Source of the DNA: Asterionella formosa
Taxonomy: Eukaryota
NCBI GenBank assembly: GCA_002256025.1
Contig: NKIB01010963.1
Location: forward strand, 1 to 64,000
Direction of reading: 5' to 3'
Length of the DNA stretch: 64,000 nucleotides
Positions within the stretch are counted from its first letter, which is position 1. Every line of letters starts with the position of its first letter. The position numbers and the translations under genes were made by a program. Below are positions 49,034 to 58,302 of the stretch, one piece after another. A model generated the notes under the pieces. The model worked only from the letters and a program-made list of their open reading frames with translations, did no database searches and had not been told where the DNA came from.

Positions 49034-50791
49034 TCATAATTCCATTCCATGTTGATCGACAAAATTTCTCCAAATTCTTGGGACCATGTCATCTGGTATA
49101 AATGCTTCCTGACGAAATGCATTAGGAAGATTGATATCAGTGGAGTAGGGTTGGTCTCGAAAGGCCATCATCTTGCGATCCACATTGCTGTGTGGTATGT
49201 TGCTATTTCCCACGCCGATTTCCACTTTGTATATGGTTTTCCCGCCCTCATCGGATCGTTCTAGTATTTTGCACGGCAAGCCCTCGCTATCAAGGGTCCA
49301 CAATTCCCAGAAGTCTTCATCATTCTGTAGATTTTGGGAGACTAAATGGAGAATACTTTCGTGACAACGAATCTCCAAGTTGTCAGGATAGGGAGCCACC
49401 TTTTGTTCCTCGTGGGTGCGAAGATCAAGTCCTTCCATGCGTTGGTTCCATTCGATTGCTGGGGCATAATCGTCGTACTGAACACCTTCCCAATTATCCA
49501 CAAAATTCAGCCACATATCTTCCCATGCATCTCCATAGTCGATGAAGAATTCTTCGCCCGCTTTGATATCACGAATTGCAACATAGTCCCATGCCAAATT
49601 TGGACTATAATTGTACATAAATTGTTCAGGAGGTGATTTGAGCCACTTATCATTTTGAGCAATATGTCCATCGGGAGCCCATTGTAGTTTGAGATTGGCT
49701 TGTGATTGATTGTGATTTATGTAGTTCACTCCAGCTGAGTAAGGACACAGCAACATGCTCGACTCATGGTGACCCCAACAGTAGTTAACAACGAGTTGTT
49801 GACTCACCACGTGGGTTCGAGTATAACGATTAAATTCTTCATCAAAATGGTGAGAGTACCTGTCCAAAATGGTTCGGTTCGGAACATGTAAAAGCGGTGA
49901 TCCCGTCACCACTTGGCCCTTGGCAAATGCCCGAGTTGCGAATGCCCCTCGACCTGCTTGGGGAATGGAAGATGGACCAGCCTTGATGCTATCCAAGCAT
50001 CGAGCTTCATCTAGTTTCTGAATGTCGGATCGGACAGATTTGGTTCTATGGAGTGATTGGATGCCACCTGCAAGAGCTTGCTCCACATCTGAATAGCTTG
50101 GGAATGCATTCAATACGCGACCGTTGTATCCAAAATTGGCGATGATGGAATAAATATCCTGTTGCACCTCCTGCGATAATTTGTTCGTCAACTTATGAAA
50201 TGACTTGAGTAATTTATTTGCTTTTTCCCAATCATTCGTCAAAGGTATGAGTCCAAACTCAGCTTGTCTCGACGTGAACCAAGCATTGCCGTAGTATTTA
50301 AAGAGTTCGCCTCCAGCTGGAATGTCGTCAATTGCGAAAGTGCTTCCATTGTGCCACAGCGAGATAGCTCCTGCCCCTGGATCTCGAGACCTATGCAGGC
50401 CCGCGTCATCAAACTGTGGCAACCCCCGATCGACATTCAAGAGTGCCATGTGACAATTAATCGCACAGTCCAAACCAGGTGCATAGACATCGACTGAGTA
50501 GCTATCACTTTCTCTGTGCATGCCCATGGCCTCTCCTGACCACATGTACTCATCGAAGATACTAAAGAATCCAGACCACATGTTGTGAAAGTTCATATCA
50601 ACAAATGGTAGTGTCACGTCCCCATAGCCAATATTGTCGCCCTTGGTTCTCGGGACAGACGTGAAAATGCCTAAACCGGCATTTGGGATTGTTGAGGGGG
50701 CTAAATACAGAGTGCATTTGTCGCTTTCAGCTTGGACAGAAAACAGTAGAAGACTGGCGACGAGTTGTCGATGAGGGAAGTAAGAAACCAT
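49034..50791 (-). CDS. Secretory-pathway protein with two SET-like domains (diatom BacSET-like methyltransferase)
   Basis: Signal peptide; LAPSTIPNAGLGIF..INCH..DIPAGGELFKYYG and GPSSIPQAGRGAFA..NYINH..AIRDIKAGEEFFIDYG; first ATG at 50791. Confidence 0.88.
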   Translation of the reverse strand: MVSYFPHRQLVASLLLFSVQAESDKCTLYLAPSTIPNAGLGIFTSVPRTKGDNIGYGDVTLPFVDMNFHNMWSGFFSIFDEYMWSGEAMGMHRESDSYSVDVYAPGLDCAINCHMALLNVDRGLPQFDDAGLHRSRDPGAGAISLWHNGSTFAIDDIPAGGELFKYYGNAWFTSRQAEFGLIPLTNDWEKANKLLKSFHKLTNKLSQEVQQDIYSIIANFGYNGRVLNAFPSYSDVEQALAGGIQSLHRTKSVRSDIQKLDEARCLDSIKAGPSSIPQAGRGAFATRAFAKGQVVTGSPLLHVPNRTILDRYSHHFDEEFNRYTRTHVVSQQLVVNYCWGHHESSMLLCPYSAGVNYINHNQSQANLKLQWAPDGHIAQNDKWLKSPPEQFMYNYSPNLAWDYVAIRDIKAGEEFFIDYGDAWEDMWLNFVDNWEGVQYDDYAPAIEWNQRMEGLDLRTHEEQKVAPYPDNLEIRCHESILHLVSQNLQNDEDFWELWTLDSEGLPCKILERSDEGGKTIYKVEIGVGNSNIPHSNVDRKMMAFRDQPYSTDINLPNAFRQEAFIPDDMVPRIWRNFVDQHGMEL

Positions 50792-51253
50792 TGACGGCAC
50801 TCACTGGCAATGTCGTCGTCATTGTTGACTGCTTTGAACACGAGTCGTGTTCATAGACTGTTGTAAGTTACTTATCTATACATCCGGGGGAGTTATAGGC
50901 ATTGGGGCGGTGGGACCATCAATCAATCAGGGAATCTTGCTTGATTGATGCATGCATGCATTCTGGACTAATTTGCTGCATGTGACGATTGGGGGGTGGG
51001 GAAGTGCAGCATGAGTGGGGTTATAAAATGTATCTTTGTATCTGTATATGTCTATCATCAAATGATCCAAGAAGTATCACTCAATGTCTTCCTCCTCCTC
51101 ACTACCTGGTACCTGGTACTGAAAAAAATATCCTTTCGTTCACATTCTAAATGTATTTGCCGGTATTGTATATATAAATCACTTGCGTAAGAATTTCGGT
51201 GCCTTCAAAATAGTTGCTGGAAATCGTCCTGGTTTGCCACTCCACAACACGAA

Positions 51254-52936
51254 ATGATGGATACCCTCAAGCTTGACGAAGCTCTCAACGATGGCTTGCT
51301 AGTTCCTTTTCGCAACCGAGACGATCACTTTGTAATAGAGAGGAAGGAGGAGAATAGTAGTGGTGATCGCAACAAGCCACTCTTCGCCGAAGTCCCTCCT
51401 GCGAATCGGACATCGTTGTTGGGCAAATTATGGATTCGATCCAATCGCAACAAGAACCCATCACAGGATACAAATTCTTTACTAGCATCACTTGATACGG
51501 AATTCACGTCCGATTCCCATGTTTCGTGTGGAAGCACCTTCAAGCACGATCAGAGTGATTCGATGTGTTCCGATCGTAATTCCACCTCCGCTTCATATCC
51601 TCCGGTCGAAGAAGCCAAGCTTAACGGAGACAATCATGGCGGCTCTTCAGTAAGAGTTGATGACTCCAAAACAGGTGCGACAGATGAGGGTGATGAAGAA
51701 GAGTCGGACGAAGTGGGAGACAAAGAATCAGATGATGAAGAAATTCGAGCCTCCTCTGAACCCCAAGGCAAGCGAAGCGTTATCGCCCAACGAAAGGCAT
51801 GTGACGATAGAGCTTGCAATATGCCACAAAATCTGCAGATTGTCAAGGAAAGGCCTGGATCTGGTTGGGACGATCAATTTCAAACCGAAGTATCTACAGG
51901 TAAGCGGAGTTTGATTGGAAAACTATGGAGTGGGTCCCTGCGTAACAAAATCACATCGCAAGACACAAGTTCCCTACTAGATTCATTTCATATGGAACTT
52001 CATGATCCTGGTGGCAATGCCTTTAAAGACGAGCAGAAGGACGCGGTGAGAAGGCAGTCAGATCGTAAGACAACTACATTTGCCTTTCCAACCGCTCATG
52101 TCGAACAAGCAGACCTAATGGACGAAGCAAGAAAGGATGAAAATTTTGAGGACACGGAAGGTGAAGATTCGGAAAAAGGGTCAGAACAAAGATTCGAAGA
52201 GACAGAGTCAGATGAAGAAGAAAACAATATCCAACCTGAACCGAAGGTACAACTCAATAGTGTATCTCAAACAAGGACATGGGACTACGAAGTAAAAGAG
52301 TCACAACCTCGCCAGTGGACCAAGGAAGGTTACGGGTCAGACCCAGTACAGGAAGAAAAGAAAGGGGTTTTCGGAAAGGTCTTGCAGCACTTTGGGCGAA
52401 GTAAGAAAGAAAAGATGACGGCCAGTGAGGTACTTGAGATGGAACGACGCATGAAGCGAGAAGAACAAAGATCTTTACGAAGCATGAGGGTGGCCACAGC
52501 AGATACAAAGAACAACAAAACACTAGCTGACCTAGCGAACGCAGCATTGGTCGTTTTAGTACCAGTGCTTGCGGATGAGGATGACGGGGATGAAAATCTT
52601 GGCACTTATTGCACAATCTCAACAACAGCCGACGAAGACGTTTATGCTGTAAATCCTGAATTTAAATTGAAACAGGACATTTATTTGCTTCAAAAGAAAC
52701 TCAACGACCTGGAGAAGCGTCTCAAGAGTGCTGAACTGGAAACAAATTCATGGAGGTTGCGATCCAAGGAGCTGGAAGCTGAAGTGCGAAAGCTTCAAGG
52801 CGGGGATAGCAGTGATGAAAGTGGCAACGAGGACGAAGGCTATGCAGATGGTGTGGATTGCTTCATAGAAGTCAAAGAAAATGAAAGTATGGATGCACAT
52901 ACCAAATTGCACGTACAGCGACGTAGATCTACTTAG
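51254..52936 (+). CDS. Unknown acidic low-complexity protein with an internal duplication and a C-terminal coiled coil
   Basis: 560-aa ORF; RTSLLGKLW..RNKNPSQDTNSLL and KRSLIGKLW..RNKITSQDTSSLL; heptads LQKKLNDLEKRLKSAELETNSWRLRSKELEAEVRKL. Confidence 0.75.
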   Translation: MMDTLKLDEALNDGLLVPFRNRDDHFVIERKEENSSGDRNKPLFAEVPPANRTSLLGKLWIRSNRNKNPSQDTNSLLASLDTEFTSDSHVSCGSTFKHDQSDSMCSDRNSTSASYPPVEEAKLNGDNHGGSSVRVDDSKTGATDEGDEEESDEVGDKESDDEEIRASSEPQGKRSVIAQRKACDDRACNMPQNLQIVKERPGSGWDDQFQTEVSTGKRSLIGKLWSGSLRNKITSQDTSSLLDSFHMELHDPGGNAFKDEQKDAVRRQSDRKTTTFAFPTAHVEQADLMDEARKDENFEDTEGEDSEKGSEQRFEETESDEEENNIQPEPKVQLNSVSQTRTWDYEVKESQPRQWTKEGYGSDPVQEEKKGVFGKVLQHFGRSKKEKMTASEVLEMERRMKREEQRSLRSMRVATADTKNNKTLADLANAALVVLVPVLADEDDGDENLGTYCTISTTADEDVYAVNPEFKLKQDIYLLQKKLNDLEKRLKSAELETNSWRLRSKELEAEVRKLQGGDSSDESGNEDEGYADGVDCFIEVKENESMDAHTKLHVQRRRST

Positions 52937-53409
52937 AGGTACTTTTGCCACAAATGTTACTTCTTGGGGTTCTGATTTGCTTGACGTTAATTCGCTCAAA
53001 CTGCCGACATGTAATGCCAATCTTTTGGCTCAAGCTGATGCTGCATGGAATTCTGGTCGATTAAACCCATTCAATCAATCACTACAGCCCACGCAGAATA
53101 TCCCTAATCATAATTCCTTTCCAACAATGAACTTTAATCATTTACTGTTTTCTATGAATGCTCCTTCTACGTCGCTGCAAACCAAAGTACCAGGGGAGCA
53201 ATCGGATGTCAGAGCTTTCAGCAATTTGACAGCCTTTGACCCAATAACTGGTGTAATCGCCACATCCATTGAAGCATCAACGGGAACAACTCCTACATCC
53301 TCAAAAGTAGCATGTCCTGGTTTATTGACACCTTCAGCTGTTGATACACTCCCCGACATTGGTTCAGCACCATCATGTGCTCCTTCACCTTTCCCTCTGA
53401 AGGCGATAC

Positions 53410-54130
53410 CACCTACTACACCCCAAACTGATGACTCAACACTTTCAAGTTCTCCGCTCACGGAGACATCTCCTCCTGTACTTTTGGATGCATTACTTAC
53501 TGCACCTCAAACTGCTGATTCAACACTTTCTCCTCTCCTTTTCCCCACGGCGACACTTCCTCCTGTGCTTCTGGATGAATAGCCCGCAGTACATCAAACT
53601 AAAGAGTCAGCACCATCATTTACTCCTCTACTTCTTTCCACGGAGTCACATCCTCCTATGCTTTTGGATGCGTTACCTACTGTACGTCAAACTGAAGATT
53701 CAGCACCGTCATGTACTCGTCCACTTCTCCCCACAGAGATGCCCCCTCATATACTTTTGGATGCATGAACTACTACATCTCAAGCTGAATATGGAGCGCC
53801 GTCATGTACTCCCCCACTTCCCCCATAAAGGCGCCTCGGCCTATGCTTACGGCGGCGTTACCAATTTCAACTCGAAATGAAGATTCAGCACCGTCGCGTA
53901 TTGCTCCATTCGGAGTCTCCTCCTCCTGTCTTTCTGGAGGAGTTGCCTTTGGCAAATATCGCTTCCTGGTTTATCGATTTCTTCAGCTATTAGCAGTCTC
54001 CCCGAAATCGATTCGGTACCATCGTATATTATTTCACTTATCCCCACTGAGGCGCAATCTACTGCACCCCAACTGACGATTCAACACCATCTTATACACC
54101 TCCACTTGTCCCCAAAGAGACTCGTCCTAT
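53410..54130 (+). repeat. Degenerate coding-type tandem repeat (about 80-93 bp units, Pro/Thr/Ser-rich), continuing past stop codons
   Basis: CAAACTG..GA.TCA.CAC and CCTCCT..CTT.TGGATG recur; units start inside ORF 52881-53582 and continue beyond its TAG. Confidence 0.75.
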
Positions 54131-54417
54131 TGTGGCTACGGAGAAGGCGGATTATGCAGACTTATGATCCATAGATCAATGTCTTCGGAGATTATTCACT
54201 TTCCGTGATTCCCAACAGACCAAAGCGCTCCTGCTTGCTATTCCGCCAGCTCCATACCGGTACTCAGCACAAATCCGTTGGGATATTTCGAGAAAGAACA
54301 ACAACAAAGAAGTTTAAGGCAGGAGCGTTACTACTATTTGCATTGCATTGCGAGAACGTATGCAACACTCAAGTGCTGAATCTGAGTATTTTTCTTTTAT
54401 ATATAAAGCTCTAGTAA

Positions 54418-57400
54418 TTATGCGATGGTTATCTCCCATTCCCGAAGCGCTGATACCAACGGCTTTCGAATGACAAGTACCCTTGCATGCTCGACGTATT
54501 CAAATTCAATTGAAGATACCCCATTAGTGACAGCCTCCGGTGCGTTTTCAACGCCCATAATGACAATTCGCTCAATCATGCGATCCATTTCCATCTTGTC
54601 AGATATCGCTTCCCAGCCGGCACCAGTGATCACCAAGTTTTTAATTGTGGCAACGCTATTAAAATCAGCCTGAAAAAATGCTTCAGCAAACTCATTTCGC
54701 TTATTGTGTCCAAATGTTTCTTCATCATCCATATATAGGCCACCAGAGGCCTTCTTTGATTGATCAAGGGCAACATAGATTGAGTAGGGGTCTGTCTTCA
54801 TGAGGTAGGCGCTACGACGAAGGCGTAGTTTACGAGGAATAACGGATCCACCGCGTTGGTAAACTGGAATCTTGTCAATATCACAGGTAACAGCTATTAA
54901 GTTGACGCCATGTGCAGCACCACTGGGACTGACAGCTTCCATAGTATCAACATCGTACCAAACATCGTCAGTTGGGAAAGCCACAGTGGTCTCCATGACA
55001 CCTGCACCGGTGACGGGCTTTACTAGTAATGAGGATGCAATCATGTATTGATCATCCGTCGCAAAGAGTGTTTCTGTGCTGGGGTATTGCATCCACATTG
55101 TTCTCATCACTGGCATTCCTGAAATACCAGCCTCGCGGAAGGCATTGTACCAGAACGGAAGGAGGGCGTAGCGTGCCATCGCAGAGTGACGTAGGCGCTG
55201 CATCGTCTCTTCACCAAACATCCATGGCTCACGTCTTTTGGCATCATGGTGAGCGTGGCCACGGAAGAATGGTTGATATGCACCGGCCTGCATCCAGCGA
55301 GTCATGAGTTCAGCGTCAGTGTTACCAAAGAAGCCGCCAACATCGGCTCCAACGAATGATAGAGCGCCTACGTTGAGGCTGAGAAGCATAGGGTTGGAAA
55401 TGGCTAAATGTTCCCATTTAGCTTCATTGTCACCGGTCCAAATGGCGCCATACTTTTGACTTCCAGCAAAGAATGCACGAGACAAAACAAAAGGGCGAAT
55501 ATCTTCTCCTTCATTGCGACGAATTTGCCCCATTCCAGTTGCCTGATGAAAAAGCATTCCATAAATATTGTGCCATTCTCGGTGTTCCTCCCCATTCAAG
55601 TTGAGGGTATCTTTCGACATGGTAACTTCTGGTCCGTTAAAGACACTCATTTCATTCATATCATTCCAAGTGAAAAGGGAAGGACTCGATCCCTTGTATC
55701 GCTTGTATGAAAATTGTGCAGCCCACCAGGCGCGAACCTTTGCTTGTGTAAAGTCCAAATAAGAAGAAGATCCAGGCCAGCACCAACCGTCAAAGTCCTT
55801 CTTTCCGTCCTTTTCTTTGATGTAGAGTCCCTTAGAGGTTGCTTCCTTATGAATATAATATCCATCGTCGCGCTTGATATGAGGATCAATAATAGTTACC
55901 ATACGACGTCCCTGAGCCCAGAGTTTTTCTTGCATTTGCACAGGGTTGGGGAAGAGGTTACTGTCCCACGTGAAGTATCGCTTGCCATCAGTGTGTTCAA
56001 TATCCAGCCACAAAACGTCATATGGGTAGTCAAGTTCTTCAAACTTGTCGTGAACCATGTACACATCCTTCTCGTCTTTGTAATTCCAACGACACTGGTG
56101 GTACCCAAGGGAAAACATTGGGGGAAGAGGCATTTTCCCGGTTATATGAGAGTACTGACGATAAAAGTCTGCAGGGGTGGGACCTGACAGCAAAAATATA
56201 TCAATAATCCCCGATTCACTCATCCAGTGAGTTGATGTGCTCTCATTGTCCTCCTTCATGACATCTACAAAAGTTTCGCTGGGGTTGAACCAAAAGACCC
56301 CTGAAGTTCCGGTAGCCATAGATTGGCTAACTATCAAAGGAACATTTCCATACAAGGCCATGGTTTCATCAAGTTCATACTCAAATACGTCCAAATTGTA
56401 TAGGCGGAAGGGTTCACTGTAGTGTGCACCAGGTCCTTGGGTAGTCTGCAAGACAGTGGAAGACGCATGTTCGGGTAATCCAAAAATATGTTTTGAGTTT
56501 GGGAATGAAATGTCCATACCAACGCTCATTGGACCATTGGGTTTGGTATCGGGATGATTTGAAAACTTTTCCTCCCACATTCCATCACGGTCCAAGTCTG
56601 ACTCGGATAGCTTCCTGTGATCCGAAACATCTTCCTTGACTTCTTCTTTTTCTTCGCGAGTTCCATCGGCATAAATTGCCAAACCATCCTCCCAGTATCC
56701 CACGATTTCCTTTTCTTGCTTCACAGATTCTTCAGCAGGAGTATCTTCAGCGATTAGTTCTTCCACTTTCTCTTGCTTTTCGCCCTCCTTGAAACGTCTG
56801 ATTTCAAAGTGTGCCATATCCTTGTCCCCAACGGAAATGATGGGCCCGGCTGCAATATTGTCTTGACGATACAAGAATAGAGCGAACGAATCCATACGCA
56901 CCAGCAGCATCATACTTCCCGTAGTAGCAGAGTCGCCGTATTCCAACCCCATGTAGTCAGCAACTTTTTGATCGTCAGAAAGAAATCTCTTCAAGTCCGC
57001 TCCTCCCGGTGGGATCCACTTAGCATGCTTCGCCGCATGCGTCCCATCCGCTTCCAAGACCAGCTCATCGTACGTGACGCGTGCTGTTTCGTAAGCAGCA
57101 CCTGCGGTCCCATACACTTCTGTGATGCGAAATCTCACCAACCCGTCGGCCAAGGCATGCACCGTAAATTGCAGGTCCTCCTTGGTGCCCGTCGATGTGA
57201 CCGTCGCCTGATTCGTGATACGCCCCGTTAATGTAGGTCCGGGACCCCGCATGTGAGGATCTAGCTTGTTATCGCCGCCGCCTAAAATCCCTTTCTTTAA
57301 TTTGGACCAAAAATATGTTTCACTTTCCAGCTGCTGTGATGATGGAGAAGCTTCTGGCAGATGGAAGTGAACGGATTGCGGCACCACCTTGTAGTTGTAC

Positions 57401-57582
57401 AGGATGGCAGATTTGTTGGCGCGATGGCGACGACAAAAGGACGTCTGTGAGCAAGTTCGAAACTTGCTGCGATCGACGGCCATGACAAGGTGGAAGGACG
57501 AAGTTCCAATGGCCAGCACCAATAAGAGCACCAAGGTGCAGCTACTGCCCCTCGCAGGAGGCCTGCCCCCTCTGGGAGACAT
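54418..57582 (-). CDS. GANAB: ER glucosidase II alpha subunit (GH31)
   Basis: 1054 aa; signal peptide then AVDRSKFRTCSQTSFCRRHR; RLYNLDVFEY, GYHQCRWNY, LWLDIEHTDGKRYFTW, WNDMNE, WTGDN, FFRGHAHHDAKRREPW. Confidence 0.97.
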   Translation of the reverse strand: MSPRGGRPPARGSSCTLVLLLVLAIGTSSFHLVMAVDRSKFRTCSQTSFCRRHRANKSAILYNYKVVPQSVHFHLPEASPSSQQLESETYFWSKLKKGILGGGDNKLDPHMRGPGPTLTGRITNQATVTSTGTKEDLQFTVHALADGLVRFRITEVYGTAGAAYETARVTYDELVLEADGTHAAKHAKWIPPGGADLKRFLSDDQKVADYMGLEYGDSATTGSMMLLVRMDSFALFLYRQDNIAAGPIISVGDKDMAHFEIRRFKEGEKQEKVEELIAEDTPAEESVKQEKEIVGYWEDGLAIYADGTREEKEEVKEDVSDHRKLSESDLDRDGMWEEKFSNHPDTKPNGPMSVGMDISFPNSKHIFGLPEHASSTVLQTTQGPGAHYSEPFRLYNLDVFEYELDETMALYGNVPLIVSQSMATGTSGVFWFNPSETFVDVMKEDNESTSTHWMSESGIIDIFLLSGPTPADFYRQYSHITGKMPLPPMFSLGYHQCRWNYKDEKDVYMVHDKFEELDYPYDVLWLDIEHTDGKRYFTWDSNLFPNPVQMQEKLWAQGRRMVTIIDPHIKRDDGYYIHKEATSKGLYIKEKDGKKDFDGWCWPGSSSYLDFTQAKVRAWWAAQFSYKRYKGSSPSLFTWNDMNEMSVFNGPEVTMSKDTLNLNGEEHREWHNIYGMLFHQATGMGQIRRNEGEDIRPFVLSRAFFAGSQKYGAIWTGDNEAKWEHLAISNPMLLSLNVGALSFVGADVGGFFGNTDAELMTRWMQAGAYQPFFRGHAHHDAKRREPWMFGEETMQRLRHSAMARYALLPFWYNAFREAGISGMPVMRTMWMQYPSTETLFATDDQYMIASSLLVKPVTGAGVMETTVAFPTDDVWYDVDTMEAVSPSGAAHGVNLIAVTCDIDKIPVYQRGGSVIPRKLRLRRSAYLMKTDPYSIYVALDQSKKASGGLYMDDEETFGHNKRNEFAEAFFQADFNSVATIKNLVITGAGWEAISDKMEMDRMIERIVIMGVENAPEAVTNGVSSIEFEYVEHARVLVIRKPLVSALREWEITIA

Positions 57583-58302
57583 TTCCGTTTCGTTACGTTA
57601 CTTGTAGCGACGATGAATGCTCAGACAAGCAACTTCGACCGATCAGCCAGGCAAGAGACTGCGCAGTGCTGCTCAATAAATTGACCAGAGCTTTGTATGA
57701 TGATTGCGGGGCAATAACTCCAAATTCACTGTTGATGATGAGAGCAAGCTACGGTGTGTTATTATCATCGATACCAAAACTGTCTCTGCATACACACCAC
57801 GACCGGTACTTGTAAACCTACCTACTACGGAGTACCAGGTATGTATGATAATGGTCATTGTATCATCAAACATGGAAGTGTCCACGAATATCATTGCATC
57901 ATGGACGATCGCTGCGTGATGGTCGAACGAGTCGGACCAGTTCTGGCCAACTCCGGGTTTGGTCTTGCACCGCCCGGTTATGGATGGATGGAGCGACGAT
58001 GGGTCCAGGGATTCGATGCACGCGCCATTATCCCGACATGACAGTATGTACGCACCGGATATACATAGCCATGATCTCATCACGAATGTGACGACGAAAC
58101 GACTTGCCGCCAAAGATCGAGAACGTCATTGATGGTGATTACCCGATCCCGGTAGCTTTATATCGTCACCGCAGACCGTAGTCCAGACTACAACAGTCCA
58201 GGCGCTGCTCCTTCATCGTGCCTCTCAGACGGATCAGCATTGTTGCGAAAGGCTACACGTTTATAAATAGCCAGCTCTGAACGCTTACCTAAAACATTAA
58301 TC

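Noticed and set aside
55029..57607. Many antisense and alternate-frame ORFs over glucosidase II, and similarly over other long genes
   Set aside because: Shadow ORFs of real coding sequence with no independent motifs
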